Source of the DNA: Catajapyx aquilonaris
Taxonomy: Eukaryota
Assembly: GCA_000934665.2 (NCBI GenBank)
Contig: JYFJ02002160.1
Span: 1 to 62,137 of the forward strand
DNA length: 62,137 bases
Direction: 5' to 3'
Positions 13,507 through 25,800 of the stretch are shown here, in pieces. The translations under genes and the position numbers were made by a program. Below the pieces are notes generated by a model, which searched no databases, was not told where the DNA came from, and saw nothing but the letters and a program-made list of their open reading frames with translations. The first letter of the stretch is position 1; each line of letters begins with the position of its first letter.

Positions 13507-14776
13507 AAAGCCACACACTTATGGTAGGGCCATCGTGGGTAGGACTTACTGTAGGTGGAAATATTCAATCAACAGGACCTTTGGCACTAGATATAAATCT
13601 GGAAATAATGCGCATATGCACATTCAGTCAATGTCAGAAGAATAAGGTTTGTTTGTTTGTTTGTTTTAATACCCTGTGATAGGGCCATGGGCCCTTTTAG
13701 GGGGCAAGGGGACGTTCCCAAGGGAGGGCTCTCTTCAATAGTTTCTAGTCATTTCAGACCCTCTTAACCCTCAGAGACCGGCAAGCTGGAATATCGGGAG
13801 CTGGGGGAGATGTGTGAGAAAGGGGGCACACCAAAATGTCGGTGTTGCAACTGTTCTATTTTTAGTGCTTCTGGATGAAATGTAGGGATTGTTGGTTTTT
13901 TTTGACAGAGGGCAGATGTCCGTAGACACTGGCTAGCCCTCTAAGACCGTGGGCTATGCTAAATTTTGTCAAAATGCTTTCAAAACTATGTTTTTTCTGG
14001 TAACAACAGATGGCAGCATTGTCTGCCCAGACATGTCGGGTTAAAAGAAGGAAAAGGAGCGAAGGTGATGGGGACGAGATTTGAACCCCTAGACCTCCCC
14101 CTTGGCTGGCCAGTAGCATAGCCACTAGACCACCATACCTCCCCAGAATAAGGGTTTCTCAGTGATAAATCAATTTTTTTACAGGCAAGTATGTAATTCC
14201 ACAAGGTATCCTTGCATATCCCATTGACACCCTCCCCACAAAATCCCCAGCACTGTACCAAAAATTATGCAGGACTACTACATGCTCTGATGTAATTGGA
14301 TATCTGCATAATGGCACTCCATCTGAATTCCACCTACTCCGGATAACACACCATGTCAAGTAACGACAGCATGAGGGTCAGGAAAAAGCAGGGTTGTCGT
14401 GTCTTGTGCACGAGAATTTGAGGTATATGATGCCAAAAAACACAGTCGTACGACTACTCTTTATCTTGCCCAGTTCACACATACCAAGCCCATATGTTCA
14501 CTGCAGGCCTTCTGGAGATCGCGCACTCCCTGCACGGGCACAAAAGTGTAGCTGATGTTATCGCATCTGAGCAGGCTCTGGAGAATCTTGCAGGCACACA
14601 CCGAATCCACATCCTGGTTCGCAATCACCAGCACATGCTATGCAAATAAAGAGGGGGGGGGATAAGAAAACAATACCCAATCAAGCAAAATGATGTTAGG
14701 ACCACCGCAGCATCATGCATCTCACCTTTCCGAGTATCTTGTCGTAAAACTCTCTTCGGAGTTCTTGAACGAACAT
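10864..14776 (-). CDS. CDC45: Cell division control protein 45 (CMG helicase subunit); multi-exon
   Basis: ATG at 14776 (MFVQELRREFYDKILGK), DSVCACKILQSL, LINCGGTLDL, DNHRPTDVCNVY, acidic loop plus KRRR, LAMYRHWSLEAS, RNLFGQAF; last exon 10864-10928 (VIQLKTEDRSRFFDALISLLS*). Confidence 0.96.
13063..13117. repeat. (TC)n microsatellite ending at an assembly N
   Basis: Seen directly, in a CDC45 intron. Confidence 0.95.
13458..13506. repeat. (CAA)n microsatellite
   Basis: Seen directly. Confidence 0.95.
13648..14139 (-). mobile_element. tRNA-derived SINE-like element in a CDC45 intron
   Basis: On the minus strand: A-box TGGTCTAGTGG (14132-14122), B-box GGTTCAAATC (14087-14078), then ~400 bp body ending in an (AAAC)n tail near 13663-13648. 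Confidence 0.5.
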
Positions 14777-15466
14777 GTCTCACGGGTAAGGCAGCCCCGA
14801 CGGTATGCACGGATCCAGACGGTGCATGAAGACCAGAGGCTGGCAGCTGTTGCCGACTTGCCGTCTCCTTCCCCCTTTTTTCTGGCCGGATTATGGCGGG
14901 TATTTCTCACTCGCGATCTTCCCGCACCATCCACACTGGCGCTGCTGCGGGGTTTTCAAGATGGCACACTGAGCGTCACGTGACCACAATCTGGCAATCT
15001 CATTGGCGGAGAGCTGCAACATGGCCGCTCTGTATGGAAGAAAATTAAAGCAATTAAAAAACATTAGTCATAAGCAGTGCGTACCAAGCATGTGACTAAT
15101 TACAATTAATTAAAAAGGGCCCTAGCATTGCAAACGACGGATGTGGGTTACACAAGCGCCATCTGCGCAGCCATCTGCGCATTAAGCTAGTTTAAAATAT
15201 AAACATCAGTTTTAACGTCGTTTCCAGCTCGTCGCATTTTGCACAACTTTGTAAGTATTTTCTTATCACGCCCACGCTTTTCATTTTATAAAATCGCAGT
15301 TTAAAAATAGTCCAGAATTGCGCTATAGATGTCGCTAGTCTAGGCATTACATTTCTGCTGAATCGTTCTTCCATTGGAGGAGGGAGGGTTGTGCATCTCT
15401 TCATAGTTCATTGTGGTTGCCCAGCAGGCGGAAGGGTCACTCACGCACACAGTCAACACTACAGCC
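14777..15466. promoter_or_regulatory. Putative bidirectional promoter region between CDC45 and UFD1
   Basis: About 690 bp between divergent ATGs. Contains palindromic E-box GTCACGTGAC (14975-14984), YY1-like AAGATGGC and AACATGGCCGC (~14958, ~15019), E2F-like TTCCCGC (~14919), inverted CCAAT (~15002) and a tandem GCCATCTGCGCA x2 (~15158-15181). Confidence 0.6.
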
Positions 15467-18339
15467 ATGGTAATGACGGCATGCCGTAATGACTCACTGA
15501 AATTAAGGGTAAAATTAAGTCACGTTCTAATGATTTCATATTCCTGTTTCGTGCAGTTCAGCTTCAACATGTTCCCCGAGCCCCTGCGGCCATTCAGCAC
15601 ACAGTACCGCTGCTACTCTGTCCTCATGTTGCCAGGGACCGAGCGGCATGACGTGGAGCAAGGAGGGAAAAGTATGCAACTCTTACCAAGTCTTGAGTCA
15701 TTAAAGTATTGCCTTCGTATCAGGTTGAACAGATGTGGTCAGATATTTTGATGAACGCAGAGGTGACATACACATGTTCCTTATGAACTTTAGATGCATC
15801 GAGCTGCTCCACACCTGGTATTGTTGTCAACAATCAGTCAATTATGGCCATACTTTACAGTGTGACCTAGAGTTATCTCAGAGGTCAAATATGTGTCCGT
15901 GACCATATCCATCAAAAGTTAACCTTCCAGAACTTAGACATTCCTAGAATTCTCCAGATTCTAATGCATTCCACTTTTATCTTTATAGTCATCATGCCAC
16001 CATCTGCCTTGGAGCATCTCACCCGTCTAAACATAGTTTATCCTATGTTGTTTCGACTCACCAACCAGCGAACCGAGCGCCAGACACACTGTGGTGTGCT
16101 AGAATTTGTGGCTGACGAGGGGAAAGTTTATCTACCACACTGGGTTTGTTGACTCTTTGACATTTCGAGAGAGAGAGATATCATCACAATACTGCGTTCA
16201 GGCAACTGTTGTTAGAGATTTTAAAATGTACAGTGCCGTGCACAATAGCATATAACAAGTGTAAACAACGACTTTGGCATTACCTGGCAACTGGGCGTGT
16301 TCGGACATCGGCATGTGGAGAGTGCTTAGCGTTCTTTCTGTCGCTGCCATGCTTACCTTTATTGTTTCTATTATTTGCATGCACACACCCTTCGCTATAG
16401 GTCGCCCAGCATCAATCGCTACCTGTAAACAGTGGCAGCGACAGAAAGAACGCTAAGCACTCTCCACATGCCGATGTCCGAACACGCCCAGTTGCCAGGT
16501 AACGCCAAAGTCGTTGTTTACACTTGTTATATGCTATTGTGCACGGCACTGTACAACATCTTTTGACACCTACAGTATGGCATATTTCACTGTAATTGTA
16601 TGTTTATAGGTACTTACATTGTGTCTTCTTGTTTTCAGATGATGCGTAATCTTCTGCTAGAAGAAGGCGGCTTAGTTCAGGTGGATTCAGCTTCTCTCCC
16701 GACAGCTACATTTTCCAAGTTTCAACCACAGTCTCAGGACTTCCTGGAAATCACCAACCCAAAAGCAGTGCTTGAGAATGCTCTCCGGTCCTTTGCTTGT
16801 CTCACCAAGAGTGACATGATAGCCATCAAATACAATGACCATATTTATGAGTTGTGTGTACTGGAAACCAAACCTGGAAATGCTGTTGGAATCATAGAGT
16901 GTGACATGACTGTAAGTGGTACAGCAAGGGGCAAGTTCATTAGGTGTGTTTATGCCATGTGGGAGAGACAGTCAAAACAGTCGACATGTGGCATGGTCTG
17001 CATTAGGAGTGTGTTTGAAATTACCTGAGATGTATCTCAATTTACTGCAGTGCTAAATACACCTTACAAACCTAGGTGCATTCACTATCACCAACAAGTG
17101 GTCTCGCGGGTATGTGCCAGCCAACTGCTGCCCTTGTCATAATGCAACAAGTCAGTGTAGTGGTAATTTAGAAAATCAAGTAGTCTCCATAGATCCATGG
17201 ACTGACCAATTCTGTTAGGAAAATGCCGATGATGACAAACCTCCTGGAAGTGTAGTTCAGTTTGCAAGTGCCGACCTTAGCAGTAACCCTATCACAGAGT
17301 GCATACAGTGTAAATGAAGTCATCTGAAATTATCTCTTAGCCACATCTAAAGGGTCATCTCAAACACACATTTCTGAGTGGGGACGATTAGTGGTGATTT
17401 TGAAGTTTGTTGATATTTATCATAAGTAATATTTTTAAAGAACATGAGAACATCATATGCATGATAATAGGCGTACTCTCTTGCCTGATCGAAAGATTAT
17501 TTTCAACTTAAGCAGTGCAAATAAACCCAAATATGCATACTGATTCCTAGAGGAGAAAAGATTCATGAGATGACAAGTAGCTATAGAGATGCTTGATAAT
17601 TATTTTGCTTACATATTTGCTCCAATAGAATTACATTCATTATTAATAAAGCTGCGTTTACATGCGAGTGATTTGACGAGAGAAATCTTTGGCGAGGCTG
17701 AAATTAACAATTGATTTTCGCCTCAAGCAATATTGGTTACTTGGGTTACTCAGCCTCAGCGAAGACTTCACTCATCAAATCGCTCTCATGTAAACGCACC
17801 TTAAATAGTTGTTGGGTTGCATAACAGAGAAGGCCTCTTTATCGTGATTCTTGTATTGAGACAGCATGTTGTGGGCATGTTTCCCAGATTTAGAAAGAAA
17901 TTTATTTATTTTTTCCTTCAGGTTGACTTTGCGCCTCCACCAGACTACCAGGAGCCTGAGTTCAAACCCCGTGAGGAGGAGCCTGACACCACAAGCATGG
18001 ACATAGCTCAGTTTGTCAAGGAGAGCCGTGGGTTCAAAGCCTTCACTGGAGAAGGAAACAGGCTAGACGGGAAAAAGAAAAACACACACTCAATGTCTGA
18101 TGGAGAAGAGGATGACCATTATGATAGAGGCATTCCAGATTACGATTATGATGGGCATTCGTTAAGATTTATGCGTAATGCCAAGCCTGCTGCTGTGGAG
18201 GTGAGTCAATTTTGGATCACAATGTTTGTGAAATAACTCCCTTTTATTTTACTTGCAGACCAAGCCCGATGTGGAGGAGTTCCATGCATTTTCAGGAGAA
18301 GGGTTGTCTCTGAGGCAGTCTAAATCCAAGAAAATGTGA
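15467..18339 (+). CDS. UFD1: Ubiquitin fusion degradation protein 1 (p97/VCP cofactor); exons 15467-15469 (ATG only), 15557-15671, 15989-16143, 16639-16911, 17922-18200, 18259-18339
   Basis: M|FSFNMF...[55 protein letters not shown], and two SHP boxes ([16 protein letters not shown]); TGA at 18337-18339. Confidence 0.97.
16231..16551. mobile_element. Long-TIR MITE, Tc1/mariner type, in a UFD1 intron
   Basis: 119-bp arms (16231-16349, 16433-16551) with one mismatch seen; termini CAGTGCCG...CGGCACTG flanked by TA on both sides. Confidence 0.9.
17650..17801. mobile_element. Tourist/PIF-Harbinger-like MITE, copy 2
   Basis: TAA|AGCTGCGTTTACATG ... CATGTAAACGCACCT|TAA (3-bp TAA duplication); opposite orientation to 8359-8528. 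Confidence 0.75.
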
Positions 18340-18510
18340 TTTATGTGATTGTATGCAAATGAATACCTGCAGCGTGAGTGTGTTGTACAAATTTGTAAAG
18401 TGGGGGCTAATTCTCCATGCTCTCATGGAAATAGGCTTTTTTAATTGAATAAAATTGATCACATTATCAAGTATTATTTTTCAATAATTAATTTTTCCTT
18501 CCTGCTGAGC

Positions 18511-18680
18511 AAGCAAGGATTTTTACATTGAGCGATTTGATGAGCGAAGTAACCAATATTGTTTGAAGTGAAAGTAACAATCGATTTTCGCGTCCAACAA
18601 TACTTACTCAGGTTACTCAGCGTTGTTATCACTCGGCGATGACATCGCACAATAAAATCGCTCACATGTAAAAGTCGCTT
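18511..18680. mobile_element. Tourist/PIF-Harbinger-like MITE, copy 3 (degenerate)
   Basis: TTTACAT.GAGCGATTT ... AAATCGCTCACATGTAAA, plus shared GTAACCAATATTGTTTGA and GGTTACTCAGC interior. Confidence 0.6.
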
Positions 18681-18999
18681 CAATCTTCATCATTTTGGTG
18701 CACATTTATTTCTTGAGAAGACTAATATGCAAAGCACAATGCATCCTGCACCATAAAGGTTTCCCGAAACCTATTGCAGGTACTCTTCATTTTACTCTGT
18801 TATGTTTTATGCTGTTTCACATAAACGCCAGTTTCAAAGTGACCTTCGAACAGATTTTCAATCAGAAAATTTTGAACAGTCTGAAACAAACAAAAAATTT
18901 AAACACATCACTGCCATACTTGAGTCTAAACACACTACACAGTATTGGTGCTTATTTTGTTTTTCATGGTGCATTGTGGCAGGACGACAGTATAGTGTA

Positions 19000-19266
19000 C
19001 TATCAGTCCAACAAGAATTGTCACAGCGGCAGCGCACAAACTACAATCTACGAGCACAGGGACACGAGAGACTGTAGTTCGTGCGCTGCCGCTGCGACAA
19101 TTCTTGTTGGACACACCAGACCGCAAAAGTAATGTCCCACTGTTATGGCGTCTGGGACTTGTTTAGCATGGGTTGTGTATTCCAGAATATTGCCAAATTA
19201 ACATCTGTAACTTGGCAACAAGTTGCGGACACCATCACAACAGCGTGACACTACTCTTGCGGTTAG
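19000..19266. mobile_element. Internally deleted copy of the 9925-10365 MITE, with a nested hairpin at 19006-19112
   Basis: ACCGCAAAAGTAATGTC...AGCATGGGTTGTG.ATTCCAGAATATTGCCAAATTA.CATCTGTAA...CCATCACAACAG matches both ends of 9925-10365; a ~44-bp-arm inverted repeat interrupts its left TIR. Confidence 0.65.
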
Positions 19267-19826
19267 TACTGTACAGTGCTGTACTCTTCCGTATGTAATT
19301 ACAACAATAAAAACAGGGATTCCCACCTCAGACAATCCCCGTTGATCTCCCTGTTGCACCATCTTGCATTATCCTCTTTGTCTCTCCCTGCCAGTCCATA
19401 CAGTGGGTGCAATGATACTGTCGTCTGTACACGAGTGATTTTTAACTGTTGCAAGGGAGACGATCCCCATCAGAACGTGTCAACCTGGAATCAATTTGTT
19501 CCAAATACTGAGTTTTAAAAGCAGCAATATTAGCAGCCTACTATCTGATAAAATTCTGAAAATGTTGAGGTGATTTCTGTTCGAAAATGCGCGCCATCTT
19601 TCCCCATTGGCCGCCACCAGTCTGACCATATACAGTACCGTATCAGTAATTTTTGTAATCTGTTGGCAACCCCGTCTGCTGATACGTCACACCCCTTTCC
19701 TTTTCCCCCCTCCCCTCCTTGATAATAATATGTTTCCGTCGCCTTGAATCCTTCCTCTGTGTGGCATTGCAACAGCTGTGCGAGGAAGGACACGGGCAGC
19801 ACTCGACCCCCGATGCACCAGACAGG

Positions 19827-22800
19827 ATGGGAGGCCCCACTCGGAGAAGACAGCTGCTGGACGGCACAGGGCTGCTGCGACAGTCTCTCGTCGCCGCCGT
19901 TGCCGCCGTAGTATGCTTGGGATGCCTCGTCGCTGCGTCGTCTTCGTCGCAGTCCTGGGACCATCAATGGCGGTACTACCGGTATGACGACCTGACCCGG
20001 GTGCTGAAGGGTCTGCAGGCGGACCACCCGCACCTGGCCAGGCTCACCTCTCTGGGAAAGTCCACCAGGGGGAGGGACATATGGGCACTGGAGCTGGGTC
20101 GGACCGTTGGGCTAGAGGAGAGGCCACTGGGACAGCCCATGTTCAAGTATGTGGCCAACATGCACGGGGACGAGAGCCTGGGGAGGCAGTTCTTGGTCTA
20201 CCTGGCTCAACATCTACTGCAAGGGTAGGTATATCTAAACACCGTCCCTGCCATGGTTGCTCCCAGGTTGATACATCAGAAGTAGCATCTGTCAAGTCAG
20301 GGCACAGCACTGGATGTGCATCATTGATTATGAGCCACAGATTCATTACCTTCCACTAAATAATATTGTGCCAACCACTCACGCCATCACAAAAATTAAT
20401 CAGCCAACTTCATTTTCACTCTTCAATGGATTGAAAAACCATGGTTGAAAAAGTCAGACTTGTCTGATGATACAAAGAGATGTTACAAAGCACTTACGTT
20501 ACAATAATTTTACACCAATACTTCTGTTACAAATCTGAATGGTAACAAATTTTTATGCCTTTGCTTGTAAGTAAACCTTTGTCGCACTTTGTGAGAAATA
20601 AATTAATACTTATTTGCGACATTCTGGCACTTCGCGAGAAGCAAATAAATTTTGCCAGAACGTGGCAAATAAGTTAATTTATTTCTTGCAAGTACGACGA
20701 TTTCTGCAAATTATCAAGGTTATTCCGCATATTTTCACACATTTCATGTTAAATCAGCCTAACAGTTGGTCGGCAGCACTCTAATTTCGAGTTTTTATAG
20801 CCTTGTTTTTGGAAATTAATTTAGAGACTTCTAGACGAGTAAAATTGTTCCAGAGTCCTTCAGGGTTTTTCCCTGATCAGGTTTCAAGTATGGCTGTTAT
20901 TATTTGTCAAGTATCTTGTGCATATTTTGCGAGTACGTGTAAGCCAAAATTTTTGTGGTTCAGGCCTATCTGGTAGCGAAGGGGTTAAGAATGTACTTTA
21001 CTTTGTAAATGACACTTTTTCAAATAGGATCTGATTGATTGAGCTTTTAACTGTGCAACACCAGCAGTGGCTACACTGCACAAGAAACAGTCTTGGAATA
21101 GGCCTACACTTGATGCTGTAGTATTTCAGGTGTGGTTACTAATTTATTTCTGCTTAATAATTCAAAAGTTCTTGAATCTTCTGCTTGACTTCCAAGGTTC
21201 TGCAGCTCAGGTTCAACTAGAATGGAAGATGCCCTGAGTTGACGTTAACATATCATGCTGTGGGAAATAAAAGCAATCCAAAATGACAGCAAATAAACAC
21301 TCATTTTAGAGGAGTGAAGGCATAAGGGGTTCCTTCCTTCACACAAACATGTTGACATCCATGGTGAAATGCAGAAATGTTTTCATTAGGCCTGAGTCAG
21401 TGTTGCTCTCCTTTCATATTAGATTTGGCATTGCCTTTGACAACTACTGCTTTAAAAAACAAAATGTGGTTTTGTACTGCAACGCTTAAAAAAGCACTGG
21501 TTGCTGGGGCATGCAATTTGTGGTCGTCTGTCATAGTACATTGTGATATGTAGTGTGACATGACCTTGATGAGCATTGTTCCATGAGTTGGCAGGTGCAG
21601 GCTATTTGGTACCCATAGAAATTATATTACGAAATTTTTATGGGGATATACAGTATTTGACTTGGCTTGTCCAATGACAGTTTTTCCATGAAAACTGTAA
21701 TGGGCACCAAGTTAAGTTCTTGTACAAATTGGGTATGTACTAGTGTTGTCCGATTGACACTGCACCGGCTACACTCGGTGTAGGGAGGTGACGTCACAGT
21801 GCAGCGAGTGTGACCCAGCACTGGGGCCTCGAATCGGACACCAGCATGATATGATACATAAGCCGCCATCTTGCCAGCCCGTCTTCGCGCCTTACACCGC
21901 CTGCCCCACCTTCTCCACTGGTGCAGCGAGTGCAGCCCCCCGCTTGCACTGGTGCAGTTACACTGGCGAATCGGACACGCTGCTCCCGGTGAATCGGACG
22001 CTTTTTCCTGCACGAGTGTACACTGGCTACACCAGTGCAATCAATCGGACAACACTACTATATCGCTCAAAAACGGCTGCACTTGAGTCAAATGCAAAAT
22101 CGTCTCTATGTTTTTGAGCGATATAGTACTTTGGAACATGTAATACTTTTTAGAATGTATTTTCTATTGAAATTGTGGGCCCACCATGCTGAATTACTGA
22201 TTGTTCTTGCATTGGTTTCTCCTTCATTGTAGGTATGGAAAAGATGAAAGACTGAGCCAGATACTGAACACTACTGACCTACATCTGGTACCATCCATGA
22301 ATCCAGATGGGTTTGAGATTGCCAAAGAAGGAGGATGCGATGAGAACCCTGCAACATCTGGCCGTAACAATGCCAATGGAAAGGACTTGAACAGGAACTT
22401 TCCAGACCAGTTTGAAAACATTCAGGACCAGGAAAAAGCAATTGCCAATGGAGAGAAGGAAACCATGGCACTTATGACCTGGATAGTCACAAATCCATTT
22501 GTTCTCTCTGCAAACCTGCATGCAGGCTCTCTGGTTGCAAGTTATCCATTTGACAATGCCATGTAAGTGGATTCCCAAAACTATTTTCTACTATTGCTGT
22601 GCATTTCTTTTCCTCATATGCAACTTTGAATTTTGTGATATTTACTAGAAGTCAACCAGACCACGAGTATAGTGCAACCCCAGATGATTCTGTGTTCAAA
22701 TATTTGGCATCCCAGTTCTCCAACAAGCATCCAACCATGCACAAGGGCAACCTGTGTGGTGAAAAGTTCAATGGAGGCATTACAAATGGGGCCGACTGGT

Positions 22801-25800
22801 ACACTCTCGCAGGTATATTGCAGCACACTTTTGAAATATTATAAAATGCCAGACATTTACTTTACAATTTTTTGTGTAGGTGGGATGCAAGACTTCAACT
22901 ACGTGAAGTCAAACTGTTTTGAAATAACACTTGAGCTCAGCTGTTGCAAGTACCCTCCTGCTAGTGAGTTAGCTAACGAATGGGAAATGAACCGGGAGCC
23001 TTTGCTGTCTCTAATTGAGACTGTTCATATGGGTATCAAGGGGCTGGTGACTGATGAAGAGACTGGAGAAGCTGTACAAAAGGCAGAGGTGGTTGTGGAA
23101 GGTATCGATCACAATATCACCACTACCAACCGAGGGGAGTATTGGAGACTCGTTCTTCCTGGAGAATACGTCATAACGATTGAGAGTTGGGGGTGAGTAT
23201 AAGGATTTTGAAGTCCCATGTCATCGAAATGACTACCGGTACTGGAAGTTCCTGTTGCACCATTATTACATTAGACATTGTGGTCATAATTCTGGATAAT
23301 TATTTCATAATCAAAACCATTAAAATTGCCAAGATACATTTTTCAAGGCTTATCTATGGAAGAAATTCATATGCATCATAAGCATTGCCTTTGTTACTCA
23401 TAGTGCAATGGATTTTAATCCACCAATCAGTGCAGCCCTAGTGATTAGTATGATTAGTGCAAGTCATGCAGACAATTCATGCATTGTCTACATTTTGACT
23501 GACTCATAAGAGTTCAGATTCCTACTATCTGCAGGCAATACTGGGCAGTGATTCCATTATGCAAGTATTAAAAATCTTCCATACTTAACCAAGAAGAACA
23601 ATGCATAATAGTAAATCATTAGGTACCTTAATATTGATTTCTAATGCCAATTTAAACAAACACAACTGAAAATTTTGTTTCCTAAAGATACGAGCCTAGC
23701 GACAAGCGACACGTAACAGTGTCTGAAGGCAAAGTAGCTGAGGCAAATTTCAAGATGAAGAGGTCTTCCACCACAAAAGTGTTGCCACAAGCAGAAGAAA
23801 TGGAAGAAGGAGGTGCGCAAACAACTTTAGTTTCTGATGATTCGGCTCAAATGGGACATCCATTTGTTTTAGTGGCCACCTTGACCAGTTTAATAATCTA
23901 TTGCAGTGGCTGAACCTGGGGAAATTTTTCAAAGCTTCTTCTACTTGTGTATATGTGCGGGTGTGCTGCACTCAGTTACCAACTGTGATGTCAGTTGTTT
24001 ATGTGGTTTGCAACCTTTGTACTGGTGTCACTCACTTTCCTAACCAATTAGTCATGAATTATGAAATGGTGTGTGTTTGTGTGTGGGTGCACGTGTATGT
24101 ATGTGTGGGGTTGGTGTGCTTTTTTTTACATCTGGCATGTCATAATGTACCAAAGCTTGTAATAAAGGAGATGATGGGCTCTTCTATCCGCTTGACCTCT
24201 CGCTATTTCTAGGTAACCTCAGTAGAAATATTGTCTTACTCATTTGAGGCAATAACGTATATGATGGGACAACAATATTCTTGCTTCAATGTTCTTACAT
24301 TCTAGGCCACCATTCTCCACTCATCAGTCCCACCTCCACCAAGTTGCCAATGCTTGACACTTCCCCTGAAATGGCTGGATTTAATACCAAAACGGAGTTT
24401 TCTCACCACAACTACGAGCAGCTGCTTTCTTTCCTGAAAGATCTGAATCGTAGATACCCACACTTGTCTCGCCTTTATTCAATTGGTAAAAGCACTCAGG
24501 GAAGGGATCTTGTGGTTCTTGAGATTAGTGACAAACCTGGAGAACACGAATTAGGTGAGTGGCATTCAAATCACTTAATTAAACTTATATTTTAATATAA
24601 TTTATGGTAGGCTCGAGGTGGTGTTATGATATTGAGTAGGCTTGAGTAATGGCTGACTTACATTGTGACAGGAAATGGGAAAGTTCGGTTGGGATGTGTT
24701 GAGATTTTAAAAATTCATAAGCCAGTTAGGCAGGAGGCACAAACAGCACTCAAAAATTGAGTGTGATATTAGGCATTTCAAAAATAATATATGACATTAG
24801 AGATTAGAGCAATAATTACTTTCAGTGGTGTGTGAATTTGGTGCAATTGTTACAGGTGAGCCTGAGTTCAAATATGTGGCCAACATGCATGGAAATGAAG
24901 TTGTGGGTCGAGAAATGTTGCTGATCCTAGCCAAACTTTTGCTGGAATCTTACGGCACTGACTCCCGTCTAACCAATTTGGTTAGAACAACTCGCATACA
25001 TCTGTTGCCCTCTATGAATCCTGATGGATATGAGATGTCTACAGAGGGAGACATCATGGGAGTAGTAGGGCGTGGAAATGCCAACAAAGTTGATCTCAAT
25101 CGCAACTTTCCCGACCAGTACTTCGAGGTAAATATTACTGCATAATGTTGGTTCGATGCGCTTAATAATATAAAATTATTTAACAGCTCATGGGCTCAGA
25201 GCAGGCTGAAACCAAAGCCATGATGCATTGGATCCTGTCCTACCCTTTTGTGCTGTCTGCGAATCTGCATGGAGGGTCCTTGGTGGCAAACTATCCCTTT
25301 GACGACAACCCTCACAATATACAAGGGGAATACAGCAAGTCGCCTGATGACCTTGTCTTTCAGCAGTTGTCTCTCTCATATGCAGATGTGAGTTTTTGCA
25401 CAATTACACTGTTGAAATTTTCTATCAAAGAGAGCAGTATTTCCCAACTCTGTGTGTGAAGTTGGTAAAATTCCAGACTGATTGGACTACCCTCTTCTTG
25501 ACTGCCTTTGCCTATTGTGGTGCATGCAGATGAAACAACATGTGACATTATATTTTAAATTATTCAGGCCCACCCAGTGATGCGAAGGGGTAACCCCTGC
25601 CCCAAGCTGGCACCTGGTGAGAAATTCAGCCATGGAATAACTAATGGTGCGAAATGGTACAGTGTCAGTGGCGGCATGCAAGACTGGAATTACCTGCACT
25701 CCAACTGCTTTGAGATAACTGTTGAAATGAGTTGTATCAAGTTTCCATTAGCCCACGAGCTGCCCAAGTTCTGGAAGGACAACAGGGAATCCTTGATATC

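Noticed and set aside
13380..13645. Poly-Cys and poly-Asn ORFs
   Set aside because: Translations of the intronic (CAA)n repeat.
14066..14139. Functional tRNA gene
   Set aside because: A and B boxes are present but I could not form a convincing cloverleaf or anticodon stem; treated as a SINE head.
13764..14380. Possible piggyBac-like MITE (TTAACCCTCA ... TGAGGGTCA)
   Set aside because: Only ~6 bp of terminal match and no right-hand TTAA.
19530..20033. 167-aa minus-strand ORF
   Set aside because: Antisense to the GC-rich CPD exon 1.
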